Below are positions 50,124 through 62,814 of a DNA stretch of 64,000 bases, piece by piece. The position numbers and the translations under genes were made by a program. The stretch covers positions 68,696,001 to 68,760,000 of the forward strand of contig NC_042999.1 in NCBI RefSeq assembly GCF_006345805.1, read 5' to 3'. The notes under the pieces were generated by a model. The model saw nothing but the letters and a program-made list of their open reading frames with translations, was not told the origin of the DNA and searched no databases. Each line of letters starts with the position of its first letter. The first letter of the stretch is position 1. Origin of the DNA: Octopus sinensis (lineage: Eukaryota).

Positions 50124-50273
50124 GTGACGCAATTTTGCCATTTGAATATGGCTAACCCCTAAGGGTGGATGCTACTGTAGTTGTAGCCCAAAAGGAGATT
50201 CTTCCTGGGGCTACAAACTACAGTAGCATCCCCCTTAGGGGTTAGCCATATTCAAATGGCAAATATGCGTCAC
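50124..50273. mobile_element. 150-bp near-perfect fold-back (MITE-like) element in (TA)n
   Basis: GTGACGCA..TTTGCCATTTGAATATGGCTAACCCCTAAGGG..GATGCTACTGTAG mirrored on the right arm; right end followed by TATA. Confidence 0.92.
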
Positions 50274-50371
50274 TATATATATTATATATATATATATATA
50301 TATAAATAGATATATATAATATATACACTGTATGTCCACATACACACACACACACACCATATATATATATA

Positions 50372-50455
50372 TACGACGGGCTTCCTTCGATTCCGTCAAG
50401 CAAATCGATCCACAACAGCTTGGTCGGCCGGAGGCTATAGTAGAAGACAGCGCCC
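50372..50455 (-). mobile_element. SINE-B partial
   Basis: ATACGACGGGCTTC..GGTCGGCCGGAGGCTATAGTAGAAGAC. Confidence 0.85.
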
Positions 50456-50665
50456 CATGATGAGGTGGCCATATTTTTGAGGTGTATTTCAGTGATAATA
50501 TTACTTCCTCTCTGACTTCCTTCCTCCATTCTTTATTCATTCACTCACATCCTTCTTCAAATTTGTCTGTTATGTACTCTTTACACCGCACGCGCACACA
50601 CGCACACAAACACACACACACGCACACACACACGCAATTGCTTACGCACATATACTTATACGTGT

Positions 50666-51038
50666 GGAGGCGCAATGGCCCAGTGGTTAGGGCAGCGGAC
50701 TCGCGGTCATAGGATCGGGGTTTCGATTCCCAGACCGGGCGTTGTGAGTGTTTATTGAGCGAAAACACCTAAGCTCCACGAGGCTCCGGCAGGATGGTGG
50801 TGATCCCTGCTGTACTCTTTCACCACAACTTCTCTCACTCTTACTTCCTGTTTCTGTTGTACCTGTATTTCAAGGGCCAGCCTTGTCACTCTCTGTGTCA
50901 CGCTAGTATCCCCAGAACTACGTTAAGGGTACACGTGTCTGTGGAGTGCTCAGCCACTTACACGTTAATTTCACGAGCAGGCTGTTCCGTTGATTCGGAT
51001 CAACCGGAACCTCGTCGTCGTAACCGACGAGTGCTTCC
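50666..51038 (+). mobile_element. SINE-D, young full-length copy with 11-bp TSD
   Basis: A box TGGCCCAGTGG, B box GTTTCGATTCC; TSD CTTATACGTGT at 50655-50665 and 51040-51050; close to 61566-61948. Confidence 0.95.
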
Positions 51039-51789
51039 GCTTATACGTGTCGATAGCTAGAGTTGTTAGAATGTTGGGATGCATTCCTTTGTAGAACGCT
51101 TTTTTTTAGTTCTCTACGTACTGAGTTCAAATCCAGCCGAGGCGAAATTCACCCGTTCAACTTTTGGCGATCTTTTCTCCTATCTCTTTGACTTTCTCTG
51201 ATTGAAAACAAAAAACCAAAAAAAAAAACCATTATTTAAAGAAATCGTCAGTGGTCGATCATTCTTAGAGAAAGGCGGTCCACGTCAGGTCTAAAATGCC
51301 CAAGATAATCTTCTATGTCTCTGACGCTATATAAGAATTGAAGGCCTAAGGCAAGAAGAATGCATACACACGTACATACAAACAAACACATACACTCACA
51401 GAGGATGAGTGATGTTTGTATGAAAAATATATTCCTTTCGTAGTTTTAAGGCTAATTTTTGTTTGCGTTCTTCTTCTCTTTCCTTCTGCTCTCTTAATAT
51501 GTGTTCTCTGCTAACGCATAGAGCCAACGAGACAACTTTCGCGAGTCAATGACACAACGTCCGGACTCAATGACGAAGCGTCAATGCTTTGGTTCCGCCT
51601 GTTAGAAATAATGAGTAAATCTCTCGTAAATTACACCTTTTCTTCAAAAGTGAAGATCAAGGATTCGTTCCATGATATAAGAAGCATATGAAGGCGTAAG
51701 ATGAAAAAGAAAAAAAAACTAAATAAGATTCTAACTTTGGAAATTTAGGACTGCCTGTATGCCAACTACTCCATGTCAGACATTCTTTC

Positions 51790-52265
51790 GAATGTGTGTG
51801 TGTGTGTGCGTGAGTGCGTGCGTGTTGGTGCGTGCGTGTATGTCCATGTGTGTGCGTGCATGTGTGGGCGTGTGTATATGTGTGTGCATATGTGCGTTCG
51901 CGCGTGCGTGTGTGTATATGTGTGTGTGTGCATGTATGTGCGTATTTGTGTTTGTGTTTGTGTATGCGTACGTGGTTATGTTGTCTGTGTTTGCGTCTGT
52001 GTGTGTGTGTCAGAGAGAGAGAGAGGAGAGCATGCGTGTGTGCGTGCGTGTGCGTATATGTGTGTGTGCGTGTGTGTGTATGCGCGTGTGCGTGTCTCTA
52101 TGTTTGTATGCGTGCGTGCTTGTGTTGTCTGTGTTTGCATCTGTGTGTGTCGATATGTGTGTGAGAGAGAGCATGCGCGTGTGCGTGTTTGTGTATTATA
52201 TGTGTATGTGTGTGTGTGTGTGTGTGTGTGCGTGTGTATGTCTGCGTCTAAGTGTGTGTGCGTCC
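51790..52265. repeat. Degenerate (TG)/(TGCG) field with internal duplications
   Basis: Seen directly; source of the Cys/Val ORFs. Confidence 0.95.
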
Positions 52266-52940
52266 GCGCGCAACTAGCAAACGTCTTAATGAAAAACTTA
52301 CCTCCATGACCTTGACAATGTTTGCAAAAAGGTTTAAAATATTTCTCGAAAAAGAGCCGGACTCGAAACCTCTATACTTATGTTTTCCCAAGGCATAAAA
52401 GCATACAACCTATTCTAATTTAGTGATTTTCTTTTCAGCTTAAGCCATCACACGTTTCCTTAAACTCAGACTTTCAACTCAATAATAATAGAAAAAAAAG
52501 ACTCATTTGGAATGTAGAAATGAGAGAACGTACCCTACTTAACAAATTCATTCGTTGATGCAGAGATCAGAAGCTGCAGTACATGTAGAAACTATGCATT
52601 AACCAGTATTAGATACCATTTATTTCATGCTGAACTCGCTTTCTGTTACATTCTCATTCATACTGAAAACAGTAGATCGTCCATTTTTAGGATGCTTTTA
52701 ATACAATAATCAGAAACGTTTTCTTAAAGATTTTTTTGGTTAGCTTTTAGCCTGCAAGTAACGTAAATACATCAAGGAAATGAAATGATATTTATATACA
52801 TAATATTTATAAGTTAAAATATGTATAATACGTTTGTGGATACAGAAGAGAGAATAAAACCGCACAATATATGTAGTATCACATATCGATTCAGACCAAG
52901 TTGCCGATTCGTTCACTCACTACTCCGAGTTACCTGTTTT

Positions 52941-53042
<102 letters not shown>

Positions 53043-53220
53043 GTGTGTGCGTGCGTGTATGTTGTGTATGTATGTATATGTATAGTATATATATTAATAT
53101 ATTATATATATATATATATTATATATATATATTGTATTTATATATATATATATTATATATGTAATGTGCGTGCGTGTATGTACTCATATATATATATATA
53201 TATATGTATACACATGCATT

Positions 53221-53252
<32 letters not shown>

Positions 53253-53276
53253 CACACAAACACACACACACACACG

Positions 53277-53307
<31 letters not shown>

Positions 53308-53814
53308 CACAGAGATAAGTAGGAGAAAGAAAAACAAAGAGAAACAATGGAAGAAAGACAGAAAGAAAAGCTTGTTATATTAGAAGCTACAACTGATGTA
53401 TGAATCTACATAGTACACACACAAAAACACGCACATACGCGCACAATTTATGTATATACATATATACATACATATATATATATATATATTAATATATACA
53501 CATATATACACATACACACACACACGCATATATATATGTATATATATGTATATATATCTATGTATGTATATATGTATTGGTGTGTGCTTGGCTCTGTCTT
53601 CAGACTGCCGTTCTGGCATCGACACGGTCAAACATATAACATTCACGCATCAATGAATACATATCACTAACATAGCTGACATATTTAATATGCAATCACA
53701 CGTCTCAAATATATTCTATTATTTTATGTCTCCTTTGCTTGCATTTCGAGAATCGCTCTCTCTCACTTTCTCTCTCTCTCACTGTTTCTCTCTCTCTCTC
53801 TCATATGTATATAG

Positions 53815-53850
<36 letters not shown>

Positions 53851-53917
53851 ATATCCCTTGTTTTTCTCTCTTCCTCTGTGGATATGTACATATATACCTT
53901 ATTCACGTATGTATATG

Positions 53918-53975
<58 letters not shown>

Positions 53976-54259
53976 CTAATATATATATATATATACATAC
54001 TATATGTGTGTATCTCGAGAGTGATGGTGCATATTTATATATATATAATATATATACCACTAACTACATACATACATACATACATATATATATAGTATAT
54101 ATATATACAATATATATATATATAGATATATTATATATATATATATATATATATACTTAAACACACACATGCACACGTACAAACACACCGAAACACAACC
54201 ACGCACATACACCACATACACGCATACTCACATACACACACACACATATATATATATAG

Positions 54260-54272
54260 TGAGATAGGTAGG

Positions 54273-54312
<40 letters not shown>

Positions 54313-54325
54313 CAGATAGATAGAT

Positions 54326-54371
<46 letters not shown>

Positions 54372-54376
54372 CAGAC

Positions 54377-54458
<82 letters not shown>

Positions 54459-54460
54459 GA
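54260..54460. repeat. (GATA)n array
   Basis: Seen directly. Confidence 0.97.
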
Positions 54461-54728
54461 GTATGTGCTTTTCTATGCGTATGTAAATTCCGATCTTGCT
54501 CATACGGAAACACACACAGGTCTTACATACATATCTACACACATATAACAGATATACACGCACGCCCACATGCACACAGAAATACACATACACACACACT
54601 CATATATATATAGGTCGGTCAATGTTATTTTATGATCTTTTGATATTGAAACCCTACCCCTCACACATGCTCACACACACATATGCATTCATACATTTAT
54701 GCATTATTACGGTCTCAATTAGACTGCT

Positions 54729-54761
<33 letters not shown>

Positions 54762-54839
54762 TTATATCTGTATGCTTCTATGTGCATGCGTGCCGTCATG
54801 CATACATTTCTGCTTACAGAGAAATGTGTATATTTATGC

Positions 54840-54896
<57 letters not shown>

Positions 54897-54921
54897 GAGT
54901 GTGGTACGCGTATATATATAC

Positions 54922-54981
<60 letters not shown>

Positions 54982-55010
54982 CTCTCTCTCTCTCTCTCTG
55001 TGTATCTATA

Positions 55011-55056
<46 letters not shown>

Positions 55057-55059
55057 ATC

Positions 55060-55120
<61 letters not shown>

Positions 55121-55208
55121 CCGTACATGTATATATATTACCGCTTCATGGTGTCACTTACCCTAAGGAATATAAAAAAAATTAATGAACGCACGAAGCC
55201 AAATTGTA

Positions 55209-55254
<46 letters not shown>

Positions 55255-55255
55255 G

Positions 55256-55296
<41 letters not shown>

Positions 55297-55883
55297 TGAG
55301 ATTGAAGCAATATTTATGCCGCATGCATGTACATACGTACACGCTCTCATCGTTTATATTTGTGTATAATATTTACATCTAAAGATATGTATGTTCGTGT
55401 GTGCATGCGCACGTGTGTGCTCATATACGAGCGTTTGTGGTTTTACACGCAGTTATAAATATGAATTTCATTAAATGAAAGAGCTTTGGCGGAAGCAGAA
55501 ATAACAATCTATATGCTTCTTCAACTATTTATGTATTCTCATATATGTGTGTGTGCGTGCGTGTGTGTGTGTGTGTGTGCGTGTCGCACACACACATATA
55601 CATATATGTATGTTTCAATCCGCAACAATCTATTTAATCTCGAAATCGGAAACCGGGTTAAGTGGCGACCCTGAGATTTAGAGTGGTTTGAGCACAGATT
55701 TATGTACATCTGTATATTCATAAAATATATGTGTCTGTATCTCAGGATATGAATGCGTTTACGCATTTCGTGAATGCTTGCGTTCGTATTCGCGTATATT
55801 TACGTTTAATTCGAGGACGAATGGGACTCGTATTTATATGTGTGATTCATATATATATATATATATATATATAAACAAAAGAG

Positions 55884-56160
55884 TGACTGTGTGACAAGAA
55901 ACTTGCTTCCCAACCACATGATTCCGATTTCAGTTCCACAGCGTGGCACCTTGGTGAAGTGTTTTCTACTGTAGTCTCGGGGCGACAAAAGTCTTATGAG
56001 TGAATTTAGTAGACGGAAACTGCAAGAAGCTTGTCGTATATATATATACATGTATGTAATATATGTATGTATGTATATGTGTATATATATGCATATGTAT
56101 ATACATACATACACACACACACACAAACACAATATAAATATATATATATATTATATATAC

Positions 56161-56194
<34 letters not shown>

Positions 56195-56349
56195 ATTTGT
56201 GCGCCTGTCCCCACCTACATCCCTTGATAACACCGATAGAATATGTACTAGGCTTACAAAGAATAAGTCCTGGGGTCGATTTGTTCGATTAAAGGGGGTG
56301 CTCTAGCATTGCCGCAGTCAAATGATTGAAACAAGTAAAAGAATAAAAG
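55884..56349 (+). mobile_element. SINE-B, full length with expanded internal microsatellite
   Basis: Head, CCTTGGTGAAG, GGAAACTGCAAGAAG, microsatellite, tail GCCGCAGTCAAATGATTGAAACAAGTAAAAG. Confidence 0.9.
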
Positions 56350-56504
56350 AATATATACCATCCAGTCAGAGAGATGCGCGCACATAGACACACACACACA
56401 CACACACATACATGCATTAATATACATCGCCAGAAGTCCATAATTTTGCGACACTCTTGTTAGTTGTAATGAGTTTAATCAATAACATTCGCGTAGATCT
56501 TAGG

Positions 56505-56645
56505 AGTGGTTCATGGCAATGTGGTTATGAAGCCCGATATGCAAGCATGTGATATCGGGTTCAGCCCTACTACACTGCACCACTTCTTTCTATAAGTACC
56601 AGGCCGACCAATGTTTTGAAAGTAAATTTGGTAGACAGAAAATGT
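56505..56645 (+). mobile_element. SINE-B 5' half interrupted by SINE-A
   Basis: GGCCGACCAA..ATTTGGTAGACAGAAAATG. Confidence 0.75.
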
Positions 56646-56655
56646 CTACTAAATT

Positions 56656-56890
56656 AAGGCGGCGAGCTGGCAGAAACGTTAGCACGCCGGGCGAAATGCC
56701 TTGTGGTATTTCGTCTGCCGCTGCATTCTGAGTTCAAATTCCGCTGAGGTCGACTTTGCCTTTCATCCTTTGGGAATCGATAAATTAAGTATCTGTTTCG
56801 CACTGGGGTTGATGTAATCGACTTAATCCCTTTGTCTGTCCTTGTTTGTCATCTCTGTGTTTAGCTCCTTGTGGGCAATAAAGAAATAAG
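56656..56890 (+). mobile_element. SINE-A alpha, full length
   Basis: AAGGCGGCGAGCTGGCAGAAACGTTAGCACGCCGGGCGAAATG..; flanked by an imperfect ~22-bp direct repeat. Confidence 0.93.
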
Positions 56891-57099
56891 AAAATGTGGA
56901 ATTTGGTAGAAAGAAAATGTCGATCCAGTTGTACGCACGGCAGACCAATTTTGTCACTACTGCAAGCTTTTGTTTCAACGATTTCTGTCATTCTTATAAA
57001 GTCTACCTCCAGAGGCCTTTGACACGTATAAACCACCCCGGAATCCCACAACGACATATTAACAAACACTCTCTCCCGTTCTCTCCCCCTCTTTCTTTC

Positions 57100-57163
<64 letters not shown>

Positions 57164-57382
57164 ACATTCCTAACAAAAACCAGAATTGCATACGCACAAC
57201 TATTGCTGCAATATCGATAGCCTCAACAGCTCCAGACATCTTGCAGGGAAACCTGTCACCGATACTAAGCTGTAAGAAGCATCAACTGTTGCATTCTGAC
57301 TCAGTCTATCTTGTTCGCCTCCGCTGTATCTAGTTATGACCTCATTAACAATAACCATAATGATAGTGTTATATTTTCGAAG

Positions 57383-57955
57383 AAGGCAACGAACTGGCAG
57401 AAACGTTAGCACGTCAGCGACATGCTTAGCGGTATTTCGTCTGCCGCTACGTTCAGAGTTCAAATTCCGCCGAGGTCGACTTTGCCTTTCATTCTTTCGG
57501 GGTCGATAAATTAAAGTACCAGTTACGCACTGAGGTCGATGTAATCGACTTAATACCTATGTCTGTCCTTGTTTGTCCCCTCTATGTTTAGCCCCTTGTG
57601 GGTAATAAAGAAATAGGTATTTCGTCTGCCGCTACGTTCTGAGTTCAAATTCCGCCGAGGTCGACTTTGCCTTTCATTCTTTCGGGGTCGATAAATTAAG
57701 TACCAGTTACGCATTGGAGTCGATATAATCGACTTAATCCATTTGTCTCTCCTTCTTTGTCCTCTCTGTGGGTAGTAAAGAAATAGAAATAGGTATTTCG
57801 TCTCAGAAGAGTTCAAATTCCGCCAAGGTCAACTTTGCCTAACATCCGTTCGGGGTCGATAAATTAAGTACCAGTTACGTACTTGGGTCGATGTAATCGA
57901 CTGACCCCCCTCCCCAAAAATTTCGGGCCTTGTGCATAGGGTAGAAGAGTATTAT
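57383..57955 (+). mobile_element. SINE-A head-to-tail trimer (alpha, alpha, beta)
   Basis: Body restarts at GGTATTTCGTCT at 57616 and 57792. Confidence 0.92.
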
Positions 57956-58333
57956 ATTTAGCACGATCATCCCTGTACCTGCAATCAGTACACTAAAGTC
58001 CTGTGGTGCCTACAATTAGACAACTGCATCTTCATTATAAGCCATTAGTTGCTATCGTATAATGTCGGTCATCTCAAAACGAGGGGATACCCGTAACAAT
58101 TAGTTTATCGATAAAACAAGTAAATGGCGATTCGTCGATCAAATATACATAGTTAATATAGAGTTAGAATAATTGTGAAGTTACGTATGAGCCATGGACG
58201 AAAGCGTTAATTTCGCGTAGGTTTTGTGAGAGAGAAATGAGCGTCAGACTGGAAGAAACTGACGTGGAGGAAGGGAGGAGGACAAGGAGAACTATTTGCT
58301 TATGAAATTACAAATTCTGGTTGCCATGTTGTT

Positions 58334-58480
58334 ATTATGAGTCGACTGATACATATTGCTCTGTTCACACTCAGTGTTCATGCTCATGCAGTAGTTCTTG
58401 TTGGAATATTGATTTCAAATTTCAGCACAAAACCAGCAATTTCGGGGAGAGGTAAGTCGATTATGTTACCCCAGTACTCA
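58334..58480. repeat. Inverted duplicate of 61183-61328
   Basis: 147 vs 146 bp with about two differences; includes ~70 bp of non-SINE sequence. Confidence 0.93.
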
Positions 58481-58635
58481 GCACAAAACCAGCAATTTCA
58501 GGAGACATTTGCGAACCACGTGTATTTCTTATCAAAAAATACGCTTCGCTACAGCAGTTACCTGTTCATCTTCTCAGGCATAGTGTATCTTAGAGTACAT
58601 TAACCGATATGTTTCTGTTTTTTTTCTTTTTGTAG

Positions 58636-58753
58636 ATGTTGCGGTTTGGGAGACATTACACGTGACTGCTATATCTAGAAGATTAATCGTCCACACAGAC
58701 CGTTCCAGTAGAGTCTGGTGGTGGTGGTGGTGGTCGCAGTGGAGGAAGGCAAG
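58636..58753 (+). other. Candidate exon behind a strong acceptor
   Basis: Long T-rich polypyrimidine tract ending TTTTTGTAG|; donor CAAG|GTGAAC is weaker; only one frame is open and it gives an implausible W-run. Confidence 0.3.
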
Positions 58754-58896
58754 GTGAACACAAATGGGTGCGGCGGTTGTTGAAATGTCTTGCATTCATT
58801 TCAGGGGATCTGTATCTCAACTGTGTTTATGGGTCCAATATCCTTATTTATAATACTGCTATTTTGTGTTCGCATGAGTTTCTATGTTTGGTTGGT

Positions 58897-59429
58897 GAAG
58901 GCACGTGGCTTAGTGGTTAGAGTATTGGACTCACGATTCTAAAGTTGCGAGTTCGATTCCTGTTGGTGGTATATGAAGGGTTCGCGTGCCTGTAGAACGC
59001 TCAACCACTTGCACGTTGATTTCACGTGTAGTCTGTTCTATTGACCGGATCAACTGGAACCCACATCGTCGTTACCGACGGAGTGCCAGGTTTTAAGTGT
59101 AGGCGTGCGGCCAAGTGGTTAGGGCATGCGGCTCATGATCATATGGTCTTGAGTTCGATACCGGCGGTGCATTGTGTCCTTCACCAAGACACTTCATTTT
59201 ATGTTGCTCCAGTCCACTCAGCTGGTAAAAATGAGTTGTACCTGTATTTCAAAGGGCCAAACTTAACACATTCTGTGTCATGCCGAATCCCCTTGAGAAC
59301 AACATAAAGAGTATGCGTGTCTGCGGAGTACTCAGCCACTTGCACGTTAACTTCACGAGCAGGCTGTTCCGTTGATCGAATCAACTGTGTTCCAGTTGAT
59401 CTTATTAACGGAACAGCCCGACGGAGTAC

Positions 59430-59430
<1 letters not shown>
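58897..59430 (+). mobile_element. Two SINE-E copies (internally deleted 58897-59090; near full 59100-59430)
   Basis: A/B boxes, CCAGTCCACTCAGCTGG, SINE-D-type 3' body CAGCCACTTGCACGTTAA..GCAGGCTGTTCCGTTGAT. Confidence 0.85.
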
Positions 59431-59474
<44 letters not shown>

Positions 59475-59860
59475 ATTAATATATATATATATATATATTT
59501 TCCTGAGCGCCTAATAATATACTTTAATTGTTCCACCTCTTTGCGTTGTTGTCTTTTCTATTTTCTTGTTTGGATTAATCTTATATATATATTAATGTTT
59601 GTTTGGTTTGGTGATGGAAAATAGAGTTCCTAAAATGGTGTTATAGTAAAGTGAACGTGTAGTTATACCGATGGTATGATTTGAACTTGCTGCAATAACA
59701 AAACATGTTTCACACATACTCATAACCTTTCTCACCTTCAGTATTTTTCTTTCATTGTATAAATGATCTTTCGATATTTGCGTACAGCTTGTGTTATGTG
59801 ATGTAGGTGTTTTGTAAATAGAATTATGAGCCGTCACTATATGACTACACAAAATAGTTT

Positions 59861-60023
59861 AACATTAGGGCAGATAATCCCCCATAACAGGAAAAAATGG
59901 GCATTAGTACGCGCGTAATGAGTCACCACACTTATTGCGAAAATAGGAGATGTGGGTTCGATTCACACGCGTACTAATGCCAGAATTTTTTTCCGGTACG
60001 GGGGCTTTATATGCCATAATGTT
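59861..60023. mobile_element. Fold-back element with tRNA-like core
   Basis: Arms AACATTA..GGCATTAGTACGCG / CGCGTACTAATGCC..TAATGTT; core has GGTTCGATTC T-loop/B box. Confidence 0.7.
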
Positions 60024-60282
60024 AGACAATTTCTTCATGGTCAATAAACAGTGAACTTTCCTAATTTAACTTGCAAAATTTCAATCGCCACCGTTTCCTA
60101 ATTCTCGCACAACTCGCTCATGTTTATATGAGTTGTGTACTTTGGGCTCAGGAAGAATTATTCTAATTTATATTGCTCCGTCATTCTTTATGCTAACCAA
60201 ACGCTATGCATAAGAGTGTTCTAAGTCCATTTTTACGTAGGTGTGAATTATTTTCCATTATATTCTAAACTAACTTTTTTTT

Positions 60283-60390
60283 TTTTTGTGTCAGTCACTT
60301 GCCTGCGGCCATGCTGGAGCACCGTCTTTATTCGAGCAAATTACTCCCGAGACTTATTCTTCGTAAGCCTAGTATATTCTATCGGTCTGC
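60283..60390 (-). mobile_element. SINE-B 3' tail
   Basis: CTGCGGCCATGCTGGAGCACCG..GACTTATTCTT.GTAAGCCTAGTA. Confidence 0.85.
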
Positions 60391-60554
60391 TTTAACTTTC
60401 TCTATGTTTTGCTTTTAAGAAAGTATAACAGAAGGTAAAAATGTGTGGGTGAGTAATATAATATGTCTGTGACAACTCGATCTGGAAATTACGATTTCTA
60501 GACACATTTTTATAGTGTTCGAACAAGAACTCAGTGATCTATAATACTGTGAGA

Positions 60555-60621
<67 letters not shown>

Positions 60622-60633
60622 GCTACAAGAACT

Positions 60634-61258
60634 AAGGCGACCAGCTGGCAGAAACGTTAGCATGCCGGGCGAAATGCTTAGCGGTTTTTCGTCTGCCTTT
60701 ACTTTCTGAGTTCAAATTCCGCCGAGGTCGACTTTGCCTTTCATCCTTTCGGAGTCGATAAATTAAGTACCAGTTACGCACTGGGGTCGATATAATCGAC
60801 TTAATCCGTTTGTCTGTCCTTGTTTGTCCTCTCTGTGTTTAGCCCCTTGTGGGTAGTAAAGAAATAGAAATAGGTATTTCGCTCGTCGCTCCGTACTGAG
60901 TTCAAATTCCGCCGAATCGGACTTTGCCTATCACCCTTTCGAGGTCGATAAAATATGTATCAGTCAAGTACTGGGGTCGTTGTAATCGACTATCCCCCCT
61001 CCCCAATATGTCAGGCTTTGTGCCTATAGTAGAAAGAATTATTACTTCAAGAACTATGGCGACGAGCTAGCAGAATCGTTAGTACGTCGAGCGAAATGCT
61101 TAGCAGTATTTCACCTGTCTTCACGTCCTAAGTTCAAATTCTGACGTAGTCGACTTTGCTTTTCCTCTAAGTAAGTACCAGTTGAGTACTGGGGTAACAT
61201 AATCGACTTACCCCTCCCCGAAATTGCTGGTTTTGTGCTGAAATTTGAAATCAATATT
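60634..61258 (+). mobile_element. SINE-A dimer (alpha+beta, 60634-61044) plus a further beta copy (61056-61258)
   Basis: Body restart at 60873; preceded by (TTA)n 60557-60621. Confidence 0.92.
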
Positions 61259-61565
61259 CCAACAAGAACTACTGCATGAGCATGAACACTGAAGTGAACA
61301 GAGCAATATGTATCAGTCGACTCATAATCCGAAGAAAACCAAAACCGTTTCTTATTGGGGATGATGGTACTGGGGAACCAGACAATCAGCCAAAGGATCC
61401 GTTGCTTGTGTTCTGTCACCCTGTCACCTACACCGGGTTGTATCTGTGGCTAAGACTCTTAACTGTCTAATGAAACAGATATCTATCTGTTGCAAGATAG
61501 GGGTAATTTATTATTGCAGGGCTGTTAAAATAAGCAACTGTTCCTTTAGCTTGTAGTATTAATTA

Positions 61566-61948
61566 GGAGGCGCAATGGCCAAGTGGTTAGGGCAGCGGAC
61601 TCGCGGTCATAGGATCGCGGTTTCGATTCCCAGACCGGGCGTTGTGAGTGTTTATTGAGCGAAAACGCCTAAAAGCTCCACGAGGCTCCGGCTGGGGATG
61701 GTGGTGATCCCTGCTGTACTCTTTCACCACAACTTTTTCTCACTCTTTCTTCCTGTTTCTGTTGTACCTGTATTTCAAAGGGCCGGCCTTGTCACTCTCT
61801 GTGTCACGCTGAATATCCCCGAGAACTACGTTAAGGGTACACGTGTCTGTGGAGTGCTCAGCCACTCACACGTTAATTTCACGAGCAGGCTGTTCCGTTG
61901 ATTCGGATCAACCGGAATCCTCGTCGTCGTAACCGACGGAGTGCTTCC
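61566..61948 (+). mobile_element. SINE-D, young full-length copy, (ATC) tail, 8-bp TSD
   Basis: TSD ATTAATTA at 61558-61565 and 61955-61962. Confidence 0.95.
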
Positions 61949-62279
61949 ATCATCATTAATTAAATCAAGCTTATGAGACAAGAGAATTCACTTCAGTCCT
62001 GGTTTTTAAACCTTGGTTCGATTTACAGGAACTATGGTTCTGTTAGCGAGTAAATCCTATTCTCAAATTCAAAGAGGTTTCGTTAAGACAATTTCTCGAG
62101 CTCTGCCAACATTTCGCTGATGAGGAAATATATTGGTTGAGCAGCATCCATTCTTCCGTTTCGCCTATCCAAGTTTGCTTCTTGTTGTGTCATCTACAAT
62201 ACGTATTGGTCTCTACTATAACCGTTACAATTTTACTTTAAGATGAGTCAAAAATTGATCATCCATATGGATTGTCGAT

Positions 62280-62482
62280 GTGACAAAATTAACAGCCAAA
62301 TCGTCCTCAAGTTAAAAATTATGTGGTTTTAAAAACAGGAAATACAAATGTGATGAAGGGATAATGTGGTCCCAGATGCAATATCTGAATAAAAGACAGT
62401 AGGGTAACGACTGGAGCACCTTTGGTTATAGGTCTGCTCAATCAGAGCTGTCTTGGGATTACATGACAACAGCAGCAACTAA
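62280..62482 (+). repeat. Old dispersed repeat ending in CAA-type repeats (relatives at ~21280, 41350, 44900, 45600, 51590)
   Basis: Shared blocks ACAGCCAAATC..CCTCAA, GGATAATGT.GTCC.AGAT, ATAGGTCTGCTC.ATCAG. Confidence 0.55.
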
Positions 62483-62745
62483 CTGTCCAAAAATGAGTAT
62501 AAATCGTGGTTGGTATCGGCGAGATTTGAACTTACAATCAATTAGACAATGAGTCAAATACCGTAAAACATCTATGTCGGCGCTCCATACTGTTTCCGAC
62601 GTCGGCTTCAATGATAATTCCAAGAAACGAAACGGGGAAACAATAATAAAATGAAGTAGGAAAAGAAAAAAAAAAGAACAGGAAAGTAGAAAAAGGAAAA
62701 TAACATTCATAAAGATACGCGCATATATACAAGCACACACGTACA

Positions 62746-62814
<69 letters not shown>

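Noticed and set aside
50666-50740. tRNA genes at SINE heads (also 27112, 42227, 58897, 61566)
   Set aside because: A/B boxes are present but acceptor stems do not close, and the sequence continues into SINE bodies, with TSDs in the youngest copies
58334-61328. Inverted repeats as TIRs of a 3-kb DNA transposon
   Set aside because: The right arm is the native continuation of a SINE plus flank, there is no TSD, and the interior has no transposase
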